Both the position numbers and the translations under genes were made by a program. A stretch of DNA of 64,000 nt from Marsupella aquatica (taxonomy: Eukaryota; Plantae; Marchantiophyta). Position 1 is the first letter of the stretch, and every line of letters begins with the position of its first letter. The notes under the pieces were generated by a model. The model did not search any database, had not been told where the DNA came from, and saw only the letters and a program-made list of their open reading frames with translations. The stretch is taken from positions 18,010,563 through 18,074,562 of the forward strand of contig OZ316894.1 of the NCBI GenBank assembly GCA_973895155.1, read 5' to 3'. Positions 49,885 to 61,823 of this stretch are shown piece after piece.

Positions 49885-51462
49885 GGAGGGATATGCTTAA
49901 TTGGCCCCCCTCCTGGAGATTCTTTGCTTAATTAACCCCCTGGAAATTATTTTGCCCCAATCAACCTCCTCTTTATGATCTATACCCTTTGTTCTTGTCT
50001 GGGTTCTTATAAAGTGAGTTTTCAGCCTTACAAAGACCAAACTGGGTGACATTGCAATGTACCCATTCAACCACAAACTATGTGGTGACAGGGGAAAAAT
50101 GACAGCGACTGTGCAACTATCGAACAACAACGTTATCATGCACAACTAAACTGCAGGCGTTTGCACATTTGTGCCGCCTGTATCTATGCGAATACATTGA
50201 CATCAATGTCTTCACTTTGTAAAAGGATTTCCATATTTTTTGATATCCTTCCATTATGTCTTTTGTCCATGCTCAAGCGTTAGCAACTTTTATAAGCTTT
50301 TCACGAAGTGCACAACACACAGACCTGCCACCATCGAGACCTGCCACTAGTGTCAGCCATTAACCCCCCGCCTAAATGGCTTGGGCGAGCAAAATAGTCT
50401 CTTGCTGGAAAAAATGCTAAGTGTGGTGTGAATACAATGTCCACAGTGTCTTCTGAAACCACCAGTTCGGCCATTTACCCCCGCCCGAATGGCTTGGGTG
50501 AGCAACATATACTCTCGATGGAAAAGATGCTAAGTGTGGTAAGAAGACAATGTCCACAAGGTCTTCTTACACTCTTTGGAGGTATTAGAAAACCCTCAAA
50601 CCCCAACCCTAAAATATTTGTCATTTTCTTGCAATGTATATCCTTCCAGTTTGCAATTTTAATTGTTGGGTGACCAATTTGTGATTGATGTGGTGTTAAG
50701 GGTCTCATAAATTTTTGAGACTACCTCCAACTGGAGGTTTTTTCTATATTCAATTTGCATCTAGTAATAGATACTGGTCCCCCATTAACATTTCACTCGC
50801 TGGTTTTATAATGTAAAATCTGGCTATTACTTAGTCTTGGGTTGTTTCCCTTTCATTTGATTGTCTTACTACTTTATAGCCATGGTTCTTGCTAAGTGCA
50901 TTCATATAATTCATGGCTGAATCATGATCAGACATTACCAATTAAATTATACAAACTCTCCATATGAAGGGCTATTTAGCTTTTAGGGTCTAAGGATTTA
51001 GGGTGTTAGGTCTGGATGGTGGTAGGTACGTGTGCAGTGCGCCTTGTGAAAGATACTTAAAGTTGTTACTGTTCGAGCGGGGACAAAAGACGGAATGGGA
51101 GGATATAAAATAAATGTGGAAATCCATTTACAAAGTGAAGACATTCATGTTAGTTGCATTCACATAAGATAACACTAATATCGATAGAAGTGGCGAGTAC
51201 GTGAAAATTTTGTGTAGTTCAGTTCTGCGCATGGTAATAGTTGTTGTTCAATCTTTGCACGGTCACTGTGATTTTTGCCTGATCACTGTATAGTTTGTGG
51301 TTGAATAGGTACAGTGCAGTGTCACCCAGATTGGTCTTTTAAGGCTTCAAACTCACATTATAAGATCAAAGTGTACGGATCATAAAGAGGGGGCTGATTG
51401 GGGCTCAATGGGTTGATTAAGCAAAACATCTCAAGGAGGGGGCCTATTAAGTATATCCCTCC
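49885..51462. mobile_element. Non-autonomous foldback / Mutator-like element with ~455-bp inverted arms
   Basis: 49885-~50341 aligns to the reverse complement of ~51008-51462. Shared blocks include GGAGGGATAT.CTTAAT, CCCCAATCA...CTCTTTATGATC, CTGGGTGACA.TGCA.TGTACC.ATTCAACCACAAACTAT and AATGTCTTCACTTTGTAAA.GGATTTCCA. No TSD or transposase seen. Confidence 0.75.
50355..50566. repeat. ~113-bp tandem duplication inside the foldback element
   Basis: GCCATT.ACCCCC.GCC..AATGGCTTGGG.GAGCAA...GGAAAA.ATGCTAAGTGTGGT...ACAATGTCCACA twice. Confidence 0.8.
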
Positions 51463-52269
51463 TTTCTTTACTAAGTTTATGGTTTTTATTGAATTGAGTG
51501 TCATTAATAAAACACATTTAATTAATAGGTGCACACATATTAGCACCTTTGTGTCATAACACAATTGTACTTTTCATTGGTCACTCACTACCTTTGTATC
51601 TTAGAACTTTACTTTTCATTGGTCACTCAATAAATGCTTTTCTTTGCATGTGGTCTATTTATATTATTTTATCTCACTCACACTTAGTATGTATTCTAGT
51701 TCTAATCTTTTATTAACGTACATATCACTACAAGACAAAATATCAAGCATGTTCCAAGATGAACATGCTATAATGACAAAATCTCTCTCTTGGAAACTGA
51801 TGTCTAGGTGTGAGCACAATATAATGTTCTTCCTGAATATAGGCCCTCTCAAGTAATTTAACCTTAGCAACCCTTAATTGTGGTGTACAGTGCTCCAACT
51901 AACCTAATCAGATGCTAGAGTTAAGTACCAACACTACCAATATTGCTTATCCATCCTTTTGAGAAAAGCAATGATCTGGTTAAACATGGTGGTTAAATGG
52001 TTGTGGTAGTTGACATTGATTGATATTCAATTTGGAACAAGTGCCCGTTAAAAATATACCCAGTATAATTGAGTACTGTGCTTTCCCATCCATTATCCAT
52101 CATAGAAACTTGATGTGACACATAGCTCATATCTTGCCCAGAATTTGTCAAGATTTTACCAAGGGCTACTTTCTTTGAGGGTTGATAGAGCACTTTCCTA
52201 AGAACATTCCCATCCATTGTGCCATTGCAACTAGGTAATAGGAGGAGTAGCAAGGGGGTTGGCAAGTTG

Positions 52270-53243
52270 GATTTTTCTGCAGAGTTTTTTACTTGTCATC
52301 TCTATTTACATCTCTATTTAAGTTCAAACTTCCAAGGGGCATCTTGGAAGGTTAGAATGGAATCAATTTTTCTGCAAGGTGTTTTTACTCCCATCTCTAT
52401 TTACGTTCAAGTAATTGGTAATAAGGCTGGTGTCCCAAACTTCCAAGGGGCATCTTGGAAGGTTAGCATGGAATCATTTTTTCTGCAAGGTTTTTTGTAC
52501 TCCTCATCTCTATTTACCTTCAAGTAACTGGTAATCAGGCTAGTCTTCCAAACTTCCTTGGGTATCTTGGAAGGTTAGCATGGAATTCTTTTTTCTTCAA
52601 GGGTTTTTACTCCTTATCTCTATTTACGTTCAATAAATTGGTACTGAGGCTAGACACTATCTCAAACTTTTGAGGGGCATCTTGGAAGGCTCGCATGTAA
52701 TATTTTATATGTAAGATTTTGTTACTCCTCATCTCTATTTACTGTCAAGTGTTAGTAATGAGGCTAGACATTGTCCCAAACTTTTGAGGGCATCTTGGAA
52801 GGTTAGCATGAGAATGTTTTCCCCGCAAGGGTTTTTTACTTCTCATCTCTAATTACATTCAAGTAATTGTGAATGAGGCTAGCCAGTGTCTTCCCGAGTG
52901 TCTTAAACTTGTGAGGGGCATCTTTGAAGGGCATCTTGGAAGCATAGCATGGAACATGTTTTTTCACTCCTCATCTCTGTTTACATCTCTATTAATGTTC
53001 AAGTAATTGGTAATCAGGCTAGTGTCCCCAACCGAGGGGCATCTTGGGAGGTTAGCATGGAATCTTTTTTCCCTAAAGGTTTTTTTACTACTCATCTCAG
53101 TCTATTTACGTTCAAGTAATTATGGATCCCCATGTAAAGCTCCTTTCCAAAATGCCTGGAAGCACATGCAGTCTATTTACGTTCAAGTACTTATGGATCC
53201 CCATGTAAAGCTCCTTTCCAAAATGTCTGGAAGCACATGCAGT
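52270..53243. repeat. Tandem satellite, ~110-120-bp unit (~7 copies), ending in a 70-bp duplication
   Basis: Recurring GGGGCATCTTGGAAGGTTAGCATGGAAT...ACTCCTCATCTCTATTTAC.TTCAAGTAATTGGTAAT.AGGCTAG. Confidence 0.9.
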
Positions 53244-53818
53244 CACATCAACACTATTGGTCACAAACAAGAATAATTTGTTATGCAAGAATAACCCACA
53301 CATGATTATTTGAATTTGAGACAACTTGAAGAAAATCAGTTAGACCTTGTAACTATAAAACAATGGAAACTCAAAAATACCATTTCAAATAAACAAAGAA
53401 AGGGGTGGAAATGGGGTAAAAAATGTTTGGATGGGTTGTGATTGATGTATTGGTGTTTTCCAGTAAATTGTATGAGTTTTGCATTTAATTAGCAATTTGG
53501 AAATAACCATGGATAGAAAAGAAACTTTTCAACTAGTGTAACACTTACCAAGGTGATCTAAGACATTATTTGGCTACTACGGACAGGGAATATGAAGAGA
53601 ACATAAAAAATTCTTTGACTACTATGGATAAAGGAATAATAAAGGAACATAAGAAATCCTTTGGCTTCTTTAGCATTATGCATGAGCTCTATGTACATAG
53701 GAATACCAAATTAAGGAAAGTTGTGACCATGAATAATTTCCTTTTTTTCCTCTCATTTCCATGTTCAAACCTATTGCAGTATGCAACTCTTCATTTGCTC
53801 TACCTTGTTGAATAACAT

Positions 53819-54022
53819 CAAACGTACATAACCAAGGGGTCCTCAAACTAATTGGTAACGAGGCTCAAAACTTACATAACCAAGGGATCCTCAAACTAAT
53901 TGGTAAAGACTCTCAAAACTTACATAACCAAGGGATCCTCGAACTAATTGGTAAAGAGACTCAAAACTTATATAACCAAGGGGACCTCAACTAATTGGTA
54001 AAGAGTCTCAAAACTCACATAA
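53819..54022. repeat. ~50-bp minisatellite, 4 copies
   Basis: CAAAACTTACATAACCAAGGGATCCTCAAACTAATTGGTAAAGAGACT-like unit repeated. Confidence 0.9.
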
Positions 54023-54309
54023 GAGCATCTCCAATTGTGTACACTATTTGCTTACTATATACATTAAATATAGTGTAAAAGGTTGTCGTTTTTTAGGTTG
54101 CTGTACATAGAAAAGATGATATGTCAAAAAGCAAGCCCAATGGTTACTAGGTTTTTTAGTATCTCCTGACATATGCACCCTTGGATGCTAATCATTGGAT
54201 CTTGGAGAACCCAAGAATGAATCTTGTATGCAGTCGATGCGCTATGTAAACCGGCTATGTAAAACCAAACAAGGTCAGAAATGGATAGCATTAGACATTG
54301 GGGTTGCCC
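54023..54309. mobile_element. Tourist/PIF-Harbinger-like MITE (degenerate)
   Basis: TAA|GAGCATCTCCAAT at left and ATTGGGGTTGCCC at right form imperfect TIRs of the common GAGCATCTCCAA type. The right TSD is not intact. Confidence 0.5.
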
Positions 54310-54371
54310 TTTTTTGTTGAACCTTAGTGGGTTTGGTCATCCCCTTACAGTAGACGAACCCCTTAACTGGT

Positions 54372-54440
54372 ATTTATGCTCTAACGAAGGGTCCATTTAT
54401 GCTCTAACGAAGGGTCCATTTATGCTTTAACGAAGGGTCC
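54372..54440. repeat. 23-bp tandem repeat, 3 copies
   Basis: ATTTATGCTCTAACGAAGGGTCC x3. Confidence 0.9.
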
Positions 54441-57318
54441 TCACACTAATTGGTAATGACACTAGTGTCCCAAAGTTGTGAGGGTTTAGGGTTTAGGTTG
54501 CCGAGAGAGGTTTTCGGTGCTTCTTATCATTACGTTCCCATGGTCGCCCTTGCATTGCTTTGCTTTGCTTTGGTAGCTCGACTCACTAGCTCGGTGGTTG
54601 CGAGGACGTTGGTCCCCTTCTGTCCTTGCGCCACTCATCATCAGCTCCATCATTTCTGCATTGCCGAGTGATGATGAAGCCCTTCTCCATCTCCATTATA
54701 AAAGTGAAAAAATGAGTGAGAATGGAGAGAGGTACACGAACCTGACCGCCGGAGCCCTTTTCATGTGATTGTACAGGTACCTTCGTGATGCAGAGGCTTC
54801 ATACAATGGACCTGCTGTCGCTCCCATTGCAGTTTCGTCCATTGATCCGTGCCAACTTCCCCACCAGCTTGGATTGCAGAGCTGGATGGAAAGCCCAGTA
54901 CACTGTACGAGTGCCAGGATTTGCTTGTGAAGAGAGAGAGATAGAGAGAGAGAGGAGGTCATTCCAGCCAGAGCGGTGTCAATGCTCATGACAGTGCCCT
55001 AATGCAGTAATGCCCCTTCTTTCTCAGGCTCACTGGCGCTCTCACATTAATCCTCCCACGACAAACAGACAAGCGAGATCCGCCAGTGTTTATATAGGAC
55101 AACCGGGATCCCCGGCAACTCCTCATAACCTCCCTGCAGCCCTGCTGCTCCTGGCTTCCTGGTGTAGGCCTCCCTTTTCCTACAGGAAAAGGCATTGTGA
55201 CGGGAATACCACACTAGCAGGGAGAGCCTTTCAGCTGAGGCGAGTACTACGATCGGACCGTTGGTAAGCATCTCCGATCAACCCGTTGGCTTAGTTCATT
55301 TCAGTGGCCGTAGTTGTAGAATCGTGCTTGTGAAGGAGGTCGCGTGTCCCACTGAGCTTTAGCCATATTTATCTGTAGATCCGGTTTTTGTGGTGTTAGT
55401 GCATAAAGCGCTCTGTGGGGGGCGGGGGGCGCGGGGCCCTCTTGGCCTTTCCGACAGGAAAGGCACAGAGAGGGGTTGGGGTGCAAAATATACACTAGGA
55501 GGGGGCAAAATGTACACTAGGGGCAAAATGTACACTAGGAGAGCTTGGAGCTAGATCGCGAGCTGCTACTCTCTCTCACTTCGACTTGTCGATAGGGCCA
55601 AAGACGAGCTGTGCTGGTGCTTCGAGCTAGACCGCGAGCTGTTGTTGTATCAACGAAGAACTGTCATTTCGTCCTTTCCGTCTGTGTTTCTTCGCTTCGT
55701 CTTAAAAACTTTTGGAGGAGACACCCTCCGAAAGGATCCGGATTTTCTCCATGCACTGTAGCTGCCCAGAGCAGATAAAACCTAGACATATTGTAAGTTG
55801 AGAAGCATAAGCTCAACCCATTCTTGTTGCAAAGTTCCGGCCTCCGCTGCTGTCACCCACGTTTTCTCGATTCGGACTTATAATGCCTGAGCTGTCTGTA
55901 GTTATGTGGAATATTGCGTTTGTTAGGGGTAGATGCAGACCTGTGCGCTGCATAGAAATTTGAGCTGAATGCCAGCAGCATAGAACATTGAACATGCAGT
56001 GATGTACAGAATGTTTTAGAGCACAATTGCTTGTGTGGTGCTAGAGGGAGTTATAAGTTTGATGTCCAGGCAGAGGAAACAGAATGTTTTTGAATTTCAT
56101 GTAAATGTGCAATGCTGGAAGTACATTCCGTCTGAGCTACTGCTTGGCTGGTGTGCAGGAGTGAGGGCGGTCTCCGTCCATGAATTCAAGATTGGCACAA
56201 ACATCAAGCTGGATGGGGCCTCCTGGACGGTTTTTATTCTAGGTGGAGGTCACAATCAGGATATTATTATGCATATATAACAGTGTGGGGCCTAAGAATC
56301 AACCGGAAGGCTCTAGATTTTACTTGCTCACCTGCTCCGACAGATCTTATCCTAATTCCAAGAGTGTAGCTCTTGGTGTAAAAGTTTTCTGGACCTGTCG
56401 GCCGGAATATCAAATCCAAACGGTAAGATCTGGTCCTGGACGGGTCAATGTTGCAATGTGGAGGCGAGGTGGATACAACATAATTTGTTTTTTGGGTGGT
56501 TATGGGGTGGAGCTATGTAATCTTCCGCCATGAATTGTCATGTCCAGTGGGTCTTAGAGCGAGAGATTTTGCCAGATAGGCCTAATTTCGCAGGAAGGAG
56601 TATCAAGTTGTAGGCACAGTTGAACATACACAGGCTATCCAACTACATCTCTAAGCTGTTTAACAAAGAATCGTTATGGTAACCTTGCTCAAAAAGTGTC
56701 GTGACTTCTTGCTTTCTTCGCCCACACTATGCAGGGTTGGCCAGACAGAAGGTACATCCGCCTTTCCTACGCTGACCTGCGGCCAGCTACAAATAGTCAT
56801 CTCCTCGGCAAGGACTTGGAGCTTTTGGAAATGTGTACAAGGTGATTGATGGTTTACTTCGCTTCCGTTCGCCTACCATTCTGAAACAAATTAAACCATA
56901 ATTACATCTCTTGTGCTGTCACAGCCACAAATGGTTACCCTTGGTGCAAATGACTCACATGCATTCATGATTAATCGTTGGATCGATTGCAAGAAAATTA
57001 CAGTAGGTGTCTGTGTCTGCTTCGCATATGTAGCAAAGTCTGTTGTCAGCTGACCCGACAGACCATAAGCCTACTACACTACTGAATGGTGTTTTAGATA
57101 GGTTGGAAATACACCAATATATCTTGATAACATTGTGCGTTTCTATATGTTTTTTGCAAATAGGTAAGGGTGGTGAAGAGGAAACGTGCACTACTCTAGA
57201 CTGGCATTGTGGAGCAGAGTGAGCAGACAGAAATTGTCTCGCTTCGGCTCGATCTAGCTCCCACGGAATTTGGTTGGTCGTGGGAAGAAGGTCGATAGGA
57301 CGTAGTAGAGTAGGGGAA

Positions 57319-59751
57319 ATGGCGATCCGAGCCGGAGTGATTTCGCTTTTGGTCCTAGGGTTGGTTAGCACAGTGTGCGCTGGGGCAGACGTAAGGACAA
57401 GATTATCAAGTGATGGATTGCAGACATATATAGTCCAAATGTCCAAGCTGGAGAAACCCAGCGTTTTCACCACCCGGGAAGCGTGGTATGCTTCAACCTT
57501 CTCTGCAGTGAGGGGTTTGGAGTCTCAAAATAATGCAGAGGAGAAGGTGAGCAGCGCCACCAATGAGCTGGACGGTGTTCTCCACTATTATGACAATGCG
57601 TTCCATGGCTTTGCCGCTCGCCTCACTGCAGCAGAGGTTTCCGCTCTGGAGTCTAAGCCGGGCGTCTTGAGGGTGTACCGTGAGGGTGTGAGGCACCTCC
57701 ACACAACCCACACGCCAGAATTTTTAGGATTGAATTCCACTGGGGGTTTGCTGGTTGACTCAGCATATGGAGAAGATGTGATCATCGGAGTTCTCGACAC
57801 TGGCCTGTGGCCAGAGAGGAAGTCCTTCTCAGACCACAGAATTGGGCCCATCCCTGCCAGGTGGAAGGGCGGCTGTGTTCAGGAACCATCCTTCAACGCC
57901 TCGGTCTGCAACAAGAAGCTCATTGGTGCGAAATATTACGTCAAAGGGTATGAAGCCTCATCCGGGCCCGTGAACACCAGCTTGGAGTTTAAGAGCCCCA
58001 GAGACAGCGAGGGGCATGGAACTCACACCGCATCTACAGCAGGAGGAAGGGTAGTGCACAAAGCCAGTCTCCTGGGTTATGCTCCAGGAGAGGCCAGAGG
58101 GGTTGCACCCAAAGCTCGTATCGCCGTTTACAAGGTTTGTTGGTTAAGTGGGTGTTTTGATTCAGACATCCTGGCCGCCTTTGATGCCGCAGTGGCTGAT
58201 GGAGTGGACATCATTTCCCTCTCAGTGGGAGGAGGTGTTGTGCCCTACTACTTGGACCCCATTGCCATTGGCGCATTCGGAGCCTCCAAGAAGGGCATTT
58301 TCGTCTCCTGCTCAGCTGGGAACAATGGACCTGGACCCCTCACTGTCACCAACATTGCACCATGGATTATAACCGTGGGAGCCAGCACCGTGGACAGAAC
58401 CTTCCCTGCCGTTGTGAAGTTGGGCAACGGAGCGAGCTACGAGGGTACCTCGCTGTACAGCGGGCCGGACCTGGGAAATGAATTGCTGTCCGTCATCTGG
58501 GCTGGCAATGCGAGCAAGGACGGAGTTAGTTCTGCCAGCTCTGCCTTGTGCCTGGATGGGACGTTGGATCCGGCCAAGGTGAAGGGGAAGATAGTGCTTT
58601 GTGACCGAGGGAACAATGCCAGAGTCGCCAAGGGTGGGATCTGTAAAGCTGCAGGTGCTGTGGGGTTTATTCTGCGGAACCTGGCTGTGGATGGGGAGGG
58701 TCTCATTGCAGATGCTCATGTCCTTCCCGGAACGTCGGTGGGTGCTGCTGCTGGAGATTTGATCGTTCAGTACATTACGCACACACCCGATCCAAAAGCC
58801 TTGATTGTCTTTGGTGGAACTGTGTTGGGCGTGAAGCCTGCGCCTGTGATTTCCTCTTTCTCTTCCCGAGGCCCCAATCCAGAAACACCCCAAATTCTGA
58901 AGCCTGACATTACCGGCCCTGGAGTGAACATTCTAGCTGCCTGGACTGGCGCGGCAGGTCCCACAGGGCTTGAAGGAGATGAGAGAAGAGTGGATTTCAA
59001 CATCATCTCAGGTACATCCATGTCTTGCCCACACATTAGTGGAGTTGCCGCTCTGCTCAAGGGTGCCCAACCCAAGTGGAGTCCTGCGGCAATCAAATCT
59101 GCCATCATGACCTCTGCTTATGTGTATGACAACAATGGGGATGTGATCAAGGATGAAGCCACAGGTAATATGACCACTCCATTTTCATACGGTGCTGGAC
59201 ATGTGGACCCCGAGAAGGCTCTGGATCCAGGACTCGTCTATGACTTGGAGACCTCGGATTATGTGGAGTTCTTCTGCTCCCTGAACTACCGTGATGGGGC
59301 CATTCGACTTCTGGATCCTGAGATCACTTCCTGCCCGAACTTCACCAGGAAGGTTACTCCAGGGGATTTGAACTATCCTTCCATCTCACTGCTTTTCGAT
59401 CAGGCCGGCAGCGATTCTGCAGCTCTGGTCACTTCCCTCAACAGGACTCTCACTAATGTAGGCCCTCCCAAGTCCAAGTACACTGTTTCTTGGGTAGCTC
59501 CTGCTGGAGTTGACGTTGTGGTCTCGCCATTGGAACTCGGTTTCACCGAAGTGGGTCAGAAACTGAGCTTCACAGTAGATGTGACCACGACACCCGTTGT
59601 GCTTGCCTCTGGAGGTGTAAGGACTACATTCGGATTCCTAGCTTGGACCGATGGGATCCATGTTGTGCGAAGCCCGATCGGCATCAACTGGCAAGGCTCT
59701 TCTCCTTCCTCCCACCTTCCCTCTCCCCCTGTCCTTCCACCTGCATCGTAA
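57319..59751 (+). CDS. SBT1: Subtilisin-like serine protease (S8A, SBT1-like), intronless CDS, 810 aa
   Basis: Signal peptide MAIRAGVISLLVLGLVSTVCAG; I9 prodomain (TYIVQM...FHGFAARLT...LHTTHTPEFLGL); triad motifs GVLDTG, HGTHTAST and SGTSMSCPH; oxyanion SAGNNG; PA domain; Fn-III tail. Confidence 0.96.
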   Translation: MAIRAGVISLLVLGLVSTVCAGADVRTRLSSDGLQTYIVQMSKLEKPSVFTTREAWYASTFSAVRGLESQNNAEEKVSSATNELDGVLHYYDNAFHGFAARLTAAEVSALESKPGVLRVYREGVRHLHTTHTPEFLGLNSTGGLLVDSAYGEDVIIGVLDTGLWPERKSFSDHRIGPIPARWKGGCVQEPSFNASVCNKKLIGAKYYVKGYEASSGPVNTSLEFKSPRDSEGHGTHTASTAGGRVVHKASLLGYAPGEARGVAPKARIAVYKVCWLSGCFDSDILAAFDAAVADGVDIISLSVGGGVVPYYLDPIAIGAFGASKKGIFVSCSAGNNGPGPLTVTNIAPWIITVGASTVDRTFPAVVKLGNGASYEGTSLYSGPDLGNELLSVIWAGNASKDGVSSASSALCLDGTLDPAKVKGKIVLCDRGNNARVAKGGICKAAGAVGFILRNLAVDGEGLIADAHVLPGTSVGAAAGDLIVQYITHTPDPKALIVFGGTVLGVKPAPVISSFSSRGPNPETPQILKPDITGPGVNILAAWTGAAGPTGLEGDERRVDFNIISGTSMSCPHISGVAALLKGAQPKWSPAAIKSAIMTSAYVYDNNGDVIKDEATGNMTTPFSYGAGHVDPEKALDPGLVYDLETSDYVEFFCSLNYRDGAIRLLDPEITSCPNFTRKVTPGDLNYPSISLLFDQAGSDSAALVTSLNRTLTNVGPPKSKYTVSWVAPAGVDVVVSPLELGFTEVGQKLSFTVDVTTTPVVLASGGVRTTFGFLAWTDGIHVVRSPIGINWQGSSPSSHLPSPPVLPPAS

Positions 59752-61823
59752 CCTACTACCACTGCGAGGATGCTATCCCTTCGCTTGCAATTAGTTTAAA
59801 GAGAAGGAAAATAAATTATGTGTGACCGTAACGTCTGTTAAGAGCCGTGGGCCATTTTTTGGGGTTCGTTTCATTTTAGCACAGAGCTTCCCATTTGTTC
59901 TACCGCCCTACAGATGAGTTCCCAGCTGCTGTAATCAGCTTCCTGATGTTGCACTATAGGCAGATCAAATTTTTCCTTGTGTACAATAGCGGCAATGTAG
60001 TCAGTATGCACCACAATTTTATTCGGTGCGAGTGAGTCACAGAAGTGTGTGGTGTTTTCGATCACATATTCAGATGAAAATGCGATGATAAGGCGGCCTC
60101 TCTTAGATCACGGTGTTTTTACAGTTGCTTTTCTGGAAGTGATGTAAATATTGTAGATGAGATCAATCCAAATCAATGGAAGCCATACACTGCTGAAGTC
60201 AAGTCATGAAGAGATGGATGTCTCTGAATTTATCTGTGTGTAAACACATTTCTTGTTCATTTCTGATGAGAAGTGTACAGGCATGGTTGGTTCTTTCTCT
60301 TTCTTTTGCTTGCGTGTCATTGTATTCGTGTTGCTTGTCTGACCAGGAGCGGAAAGTCGACGAGCATACAGCACCAAGATGATGCGGCTCTTTCGGTCGG
60401 AGATTCGGTGAATGGAATTGCTTCCATGTAAAGCTGATTGAGGAGGGGTTGTTTCCCGAGTTGCCATTGAAGTGGAAGACCAGATTCGAAGAAGTCGGTG
60501 GACTGATTAAGCTCTTCTTCCCAGGGAACCTGACCTTCCTTCGCCCGTTGTTCTTGAACTTGTTGGGAGAACACACCTCGAGTCTATCTTGTCTCCTGCC
60601 TCTGAAAGTCTGTAAATTTTAAATTACTGGTTTGTTTGTTCTGGTTGGAGACAGACCATATTCTGCGTTGTAAGGTTGGAGCAGTCAGCGATCGGAGCGT
60701 TTCACTTCAACAAAGTGAGTAGATATACTTGTAGTTCCTAATCCAAGAGTCGATGTTCGAATTTTGTCGTAGATTGATTCTTTGCACCCTGTAGAGCTCT
60801 GAAACTCGTCAACATTTGTTGACACATTTTATTCTTTGCCTCGAAAACTGGGGGAATCCTAATTCTTTGCCTCGAAACCTGGGGGCATCCTAATTCTTTG
60901 CAGCTGGAGGACTTCTATTTTAGTTCCTGGTTGTGCATCTTTTTCTGGTACTCCTCCTAACTGGCAGGCTATGGCTATCATATTTTGCCCTGTTCCTAAG
61001 TGGCTTCCCCCAGTGCAGTCCGCCTCTACTAGGTTATTTCGGTTTGACGTTTTTCACACTTGTTCTCCAAGGCAGCGAAAATCTCACTGCTGCCTTGTTC
61101 TGAAAGGCAGAATTCGCGTACAGTAGGCGGTTGAATCATCTCTGGACCCACCTACCGAACGCACTACCTCATTTATTCACGTTTTTACTTCTGTTGAGGG
61201 GTTGGTTTCGTTTCCATGACTTTCAACTTCCATGTCCGTGGAAGCTTGAAGCTTAAACCCAGGCTAAAATGCAAGCATATCTTCAGCCTTTTTGACTAAA
61301 CAGGAATGGGATTTGTTTCTGTCCTTTTTCTCCCACAAAATGCTCGTTCCTGTCAGGTAAATATCTACACCCATGCCTCAGTGGGCTTGATGGTAATGAT
61401 GTGAAAGCTGAAGTTCCTTTAAATGAAGTGACAATGACAGGAGCCTTCGGACTGTGGGCGTTTAATCCAAAGTTCCCCACTTCTGCAATTTGCGCAGTGC
61501 AGCCTGCCGATGCACTCTGTAACACAGGGTATGTACCGAATGAAGCCAGTCCTGCCTACACTTCAATGATGATGTTAATCACTTAAATGATAATCTCTCA
61601 GGGCTTCCAGGAACATTTGTAACAGTTCAAAGACATGGTACAGTAACATTTCAAAGGCATGGTACAGCAAACAGAGAAAGCTTTCATGACATCGGAACCG
61701 AATATAGACCTAGTTTTGTCTCAATCAATCGGGCACAACTCAGTATCACATAGCATTTACCTTATCTTGAAGAATCGGCGTTCCATATAAAGAAGAGATT
61801 TAACCAAAATTACAGTAAGACAG

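Noticed and set aside
54482-54497. Telomere-type TTTAGGG repeats
   Set aside because: Only about two units; such telo-boxes are common and do not indicate a chromosome end or fusion.
58312-59108. Antisense ORFs (193, 89 and 113 aa) over the subtilase
   Set aside because: Shadow frames of a GC-rich coding sequence with no recognisable motifs.
60199-60576. Overlapping minus-strand ORFs downstream of the subtilase
   Set aside because: No recognisable domain, non-ATG or weak starts, and no exon chain could be built.
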